From NCBI RefSeq assembly GCF_963853765.1, contig NC_088853.1, forward strand, positions 40,362,001 through 40,426,000: 64,000 nucleotides of DNA, read 5' to 3'. The DNA is from Magallana gigas. Its lineage: Eukaryota. Shown here one piece after another: positions 60,224 through 64,000 of this stretch (the stretch's first letter is position 1; every line of letters begins with the position of its first letter). A model generated the notes under the pieces. That model searched no databases, had not been told where the DNA came from, and saw only the letters and a program-made list of their open reading frames with translations. Made by a program: the position numbers and the translations under genes.

Positions 60224-60705
60224 TTTTATGTTCTGAAAATACAAAACAAAAATGTAGTGATACACAACTTTAATGTTCACTAAAAAATAAAGATATCATT
60301 TTATATGTATTGTGAATATTTATGTTTACAACTACTAAGCAAATACTTGCAATGTATCAAGTATAAATTAACTTTATAGAAAAACTCAAATTGACAAACT
60401 GTAGAATTACAGTGCCCCCCCCCCCCCCCAATGTATTAAATGGAACTGTCAGTCTAATATTTTTTGGAGCTGCAGACCTTCAGTTGTGTTACAAGTGTTG
60501 TTTTTGACATGTGATCAATATATTATCATTTACACATATTTTTCTAGATTAACTTTAATTAATTGCTATAATATGATGATAAACTATAATTGCCAAATTA
60601 TGATGAAAATGGTTTTTTTAGGGGGGGGGGTTATAGAAAAAAAGTGTATATTGAAAAAAGGTGTACTCAATAATTTTTCTATCCAATATTTAAAGAAAAA
60701 AATAA

Positions 60706-60785
60706 AGCGCGCCGAGCGGTGATCGATCCCGGATCGTCGGATTTGCAGTCGAGAACGCTACCTTTACACCATTCAGACTACGGTA
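60706..60785 (-). other. Degenerate tRNA-like sequence (not a functional tRNA)
   Basis: Minus strand GTCTGAATGGTGTAAAGGTAGC…CTGCAAA…CCGGGATCGATCACC; imperfect A/B boxes and poor stems. Confidence 0.4.
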
Positions 60786-61605
60786 GATGTGGGAATGATA
60801 TGCTGTACAGTACACTAAAAAAAACTTTAAAACAAAACACTTGGCCGTTTTTCCTTCTATTAAGAAAATAATTATGGTTTATACAGGTTGATTTATTTAC
60901 TAAATATATATTTTCCATTAGCCTATATTGCGTCCTTCATTTTTTATTTCTAAATATAGACGACTAACGTTCACTCTTTGCCTACATGATATCTGCTATA
61001 CTGGCTCGCCAGTATGCATTTTAGTATCGGCTATCGAATATTGATTGTTTTTAGACCAAATCTTCAGATTAATAATCATTCTTGTATGTTTTTATTTACA
61101 TGCATATATAAAAACAGTCTTTAAGGCTGAGTAACGTATACACGGATTGAACAATCTTCTCATCTGTCAAATAGTATCATGCAGACGAACGTTGCGAACA
61201 ATATTATTTATTCAAGAAAAAATCAACAGAAATCTACGTATTCAATCAAATTCTTATACATACCTTCAGAGTTCTTCTTTCTTCATTTTCTATAGGTTTT
61301 GTTGATCTTTCGTTCGTGTATTTTCAAGATTAATCACGCAAAGTAAAAGTCGCTGTTTGTTTACGTATGCAAATAAGCATGTATGGAATGTCGTGCATGC
61401 GCAAAATTTGGTGTTAAAATTGAACACATATACGTTTCATTAACAACACACTGTACCTTTTTATTTTTCAGATTAGATGACAATTACACAATGTGTTTGA
61501 TTCTTGTGGTTTTTATATTTTTAAAACAAAAAGGTGTGAAAAAACGTGCAATACTGTCAAAAAATAAGTAAATCCGGATTGCTCCTCTTCTTGTTTACAT
61601 TTTAA

Positions 61606-61724
61606 TTTTCATCAACAGCACACCCTCTGATCCAAAAACTTTCACTTTGAATATCTTTTTTTATTGATACAATTTCATAATTTAAAAACAGTTTTTAGAT
61701 CAGAGGGTGTGCTGTTGTTGAAAA
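61606..61724. repeat. 35-bp inverted repeat (hairpin)
   Basis: TTTTCATCAACAGCACACCCTCTGATCCAAAAACT versus AGTTTTTAGATCAGAGGGTGTGCTGTTGTTGAAAA, 2 mismatches, ~49-bp loop. Confidence 0.85.
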
Positions 61725-62299
61725 ACACCACCAAAGAACGAAAATGCTGTGATTTTACCCCAAAACCGATCCGGAACCGGTTTTGTCATTTACATATTTT
61801 TGCAAGCAGACGTTTTGGCGGGGAAATTCTGGCATGTCAAAATAGTATCAGGTCTAGACTAACACATAACACCAATTTTATTTCATTTTGACCTAGTTTA
61901 ATTTTTGACATATCACAGGGCCATTTATAGCTAAACATGGATTTTGTCCTTTTCATCAAATTTTCGTCAAGGAATTCTTCAGCAGCTATTCTTTTTGTGT
62001 TAATTAATAAATCGGAAAAATGCATATCTTTTTTTTTTATTGTCAAAGCAGAAATTGTAAAAAATAAATAAATCACAATTCCAGTACAAGGGATAGTAGG
62101 GCCGGGGTGATTCCTATTGTAGAGTCTTCCTTGAATGCCATGAAAGTGGCCATGGAAATTGTATAAGTTTTAAAGCAGATGTTGATTTTTATATATGATT
62201 TTTTAAAAAGATTTAATAAAGAATTTGTATGTACAATTACATTTTGTTAAAATTTAGAAGAGAAAAATTACAAAATTAGAAGTGCTGATTTGAGATATT

Positions 62300-62728
62300 C
62301 ACTACTAGTTCTAAAAAGTAGTGCCATTTTTTACTAATAATTTCTGATATTTACTGATGTTATACTGTTATTGCTGAGAATTGCTAATATTTACACTTTT
62401 AAGAAAAATGCCCGGTATTTGTTTTTTGTTAATTTTTAATAATACATAACATTTTACATCTAAAAGTAACTAAAATTATGCTCTTAAACAGTCCATGGCA
62501 GTTAAAGAGATTTCTCAGGATTATGAACAATTCTTAGTTCGCACAGTATATCTCAGTAAATATCAATAATTATCAGAAGTCACAGCAAAAGCATCAGTAA
62601 ATATCAGAAACAACAACAATTATCAACAAAAATATCTACAATTTTCAGCATTAACAGTACAATATCAGTAAATATCATGAATTATCAGAAAAAAAGGACA
62701 TTTTCAGAATTGTTTAAAGCCAGTAGTG
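62300..62728. mobile_element. CACTA/EnSpm-type MITE with long foldback arms
   Basis: ATT-CACTACTAG … CCAGTAGTG-ATT (3-bp TSD). Arms with repeated TATCAGTAAATATCA motifs are inverted over ~100 bp. Confidence 0.8.
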
Positions 62729-64000
62729 ATTTTGATAAAATATCAATATCGCTACTTTACAAATAAGAGCCAGTGATGTCGAGAACTTTGAAAAAAAAAA
62801 TTCTGTTTTTAAAATTAATGTAAATAATGTGCAAATTAATTCAATCAAACAAAATAATTATTGCAGAAAATTGAAATTGTTAAAAAAAATCATAATGCCA
62901 GAAAAGGTGGACAATTCTAATCACAATATTTCTCTTACAAAGTAAAAAACTCGTCTTGAAAATGATATATGCTGTAGAGGACATCTTATTTTTTATGTGT
63001 TAAAAAAACATCAACAACAACAACAAAATAGTAATAATAATAAAATTCACTGACAAATTATTTAACACTGCAACGCCCTGCTTCCCTTTAAGGACGTCTG
63101 ATCCTGCGATTAAAAGTCTTAAAGTTTTTTTCTAAGGTATTTTTTAAAAATCTACACACATAGCTTAACCAAAATCCAAATAAAATTTTGGGGTCTATAT
63201 GCTTCATTTGGCGCTACAGTGTATTAAATATGACCGTTCTGCACTGAATGTGCATATTGCACATAAATCGCTTTTCTCTCTATGTTCTATTATCAAAGTG
63301 AATTATGGCATCAAATACAAATTTAAACTATTTAAAATGAATAAAATTAAAATTATCATAAAGAAAATGTAACAAATTCTTCACCTAATTGATATTTTGA
63401 CCTTTTTGCACTAATAAAACACGATTTTTATCAATTACTGATTCAGCATGATATGAAATTATTTAAAAGTCTCAAACTTTTTCTCAAATTATGATAACTT
63501 GTCCAAAAAATCTTCAGAAATTAAACCAAAAGTATGGGTCTATTGTGTAAAATTTGAGATTTGGCATGAAATAAGCTATTCATTTTTCCATGACCTTTAT
63601 TAAATATAATTTAAATTTGCCAATATGTGTCTATAGAAATATTTAAAAATTGCAAAAATATTTTTTTTTCATAACAAAATGAAGATATCCTAATGCACAA
63701 ACTATCTGTAAAATTTTATTTGCACTGAGAACAAGGAAGCTAAAATGACGGTACTCTCTAACAACTGAGTTATGAAAAATGTTCATTTTCTTCTTAATAA
63801 CCTTCCGCCACAAAATAAAGTCCCATACTAAACTCTGTAAATATGTAATTTTTCCTTTACTATTTTATTTAAAATAGTTTAATTGGCATTATAAAAAACG
63901 AATTTATAAGTACAATCAATAAATAAAGCATAATTTCTAGAATAGAGGTGACCCAAAATGGCTACCCCAAAACAGAGGAGCGAATGTCGATTTTGTTTAT

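Noticed and set aside
56340-62140. Long terminal direct repeats or TIRs around the Kolobok transposase
   Set aside because: No matching direct or inverted blocks were seen between 56.3-57.0 kb and 61.4-62.1 kb.

Overview
AT-rich eukaryotic (animal) genomic DNA made up mostly of transposable elements. The repeat families and the PAN/kringle/C-type lectin genes suggest a bivalve mollusc, probably an oyster (inference). Left to right: (1) back-to-back piggyBac ends and a piggyBac transposase cut short by a 3.4-kb modular tandem array. (2) A giant NOF/Foldback-type MULE transposase reading frame (6510-12024, one +1 frameshift in an A8 run) that also carries PHD, BAG, USP deubiquitinase and Ulp1 SUMO-protease domains. 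This is the most striking item in the window. (3) A degenerate ~0.6-0.8-kb repeat containing a tRNA-derived SINE, then an L1/Tx1 relic. (4) A spliced BEN-domain gene convergent with an intact, 3-intron DD36E Tc1-like transposase gene. (5) A signal-PAN-kringle-kringle gene. (6) A truncated CR1/L2-like LINE and a decayed, partly inverted Gypsy element with an extra zinc-finger ORF. (7) A paralogous signal-PAN gene that continues into a probable C-type lectin exon, followed on the opposite strand by an intact Kolobok-type transposase gene. Many MITEs are interspersed (TTAA, TA, 3-bp and 5-bp TSD classes). All domain calls come from motif recognition by eye; no database searches were run.
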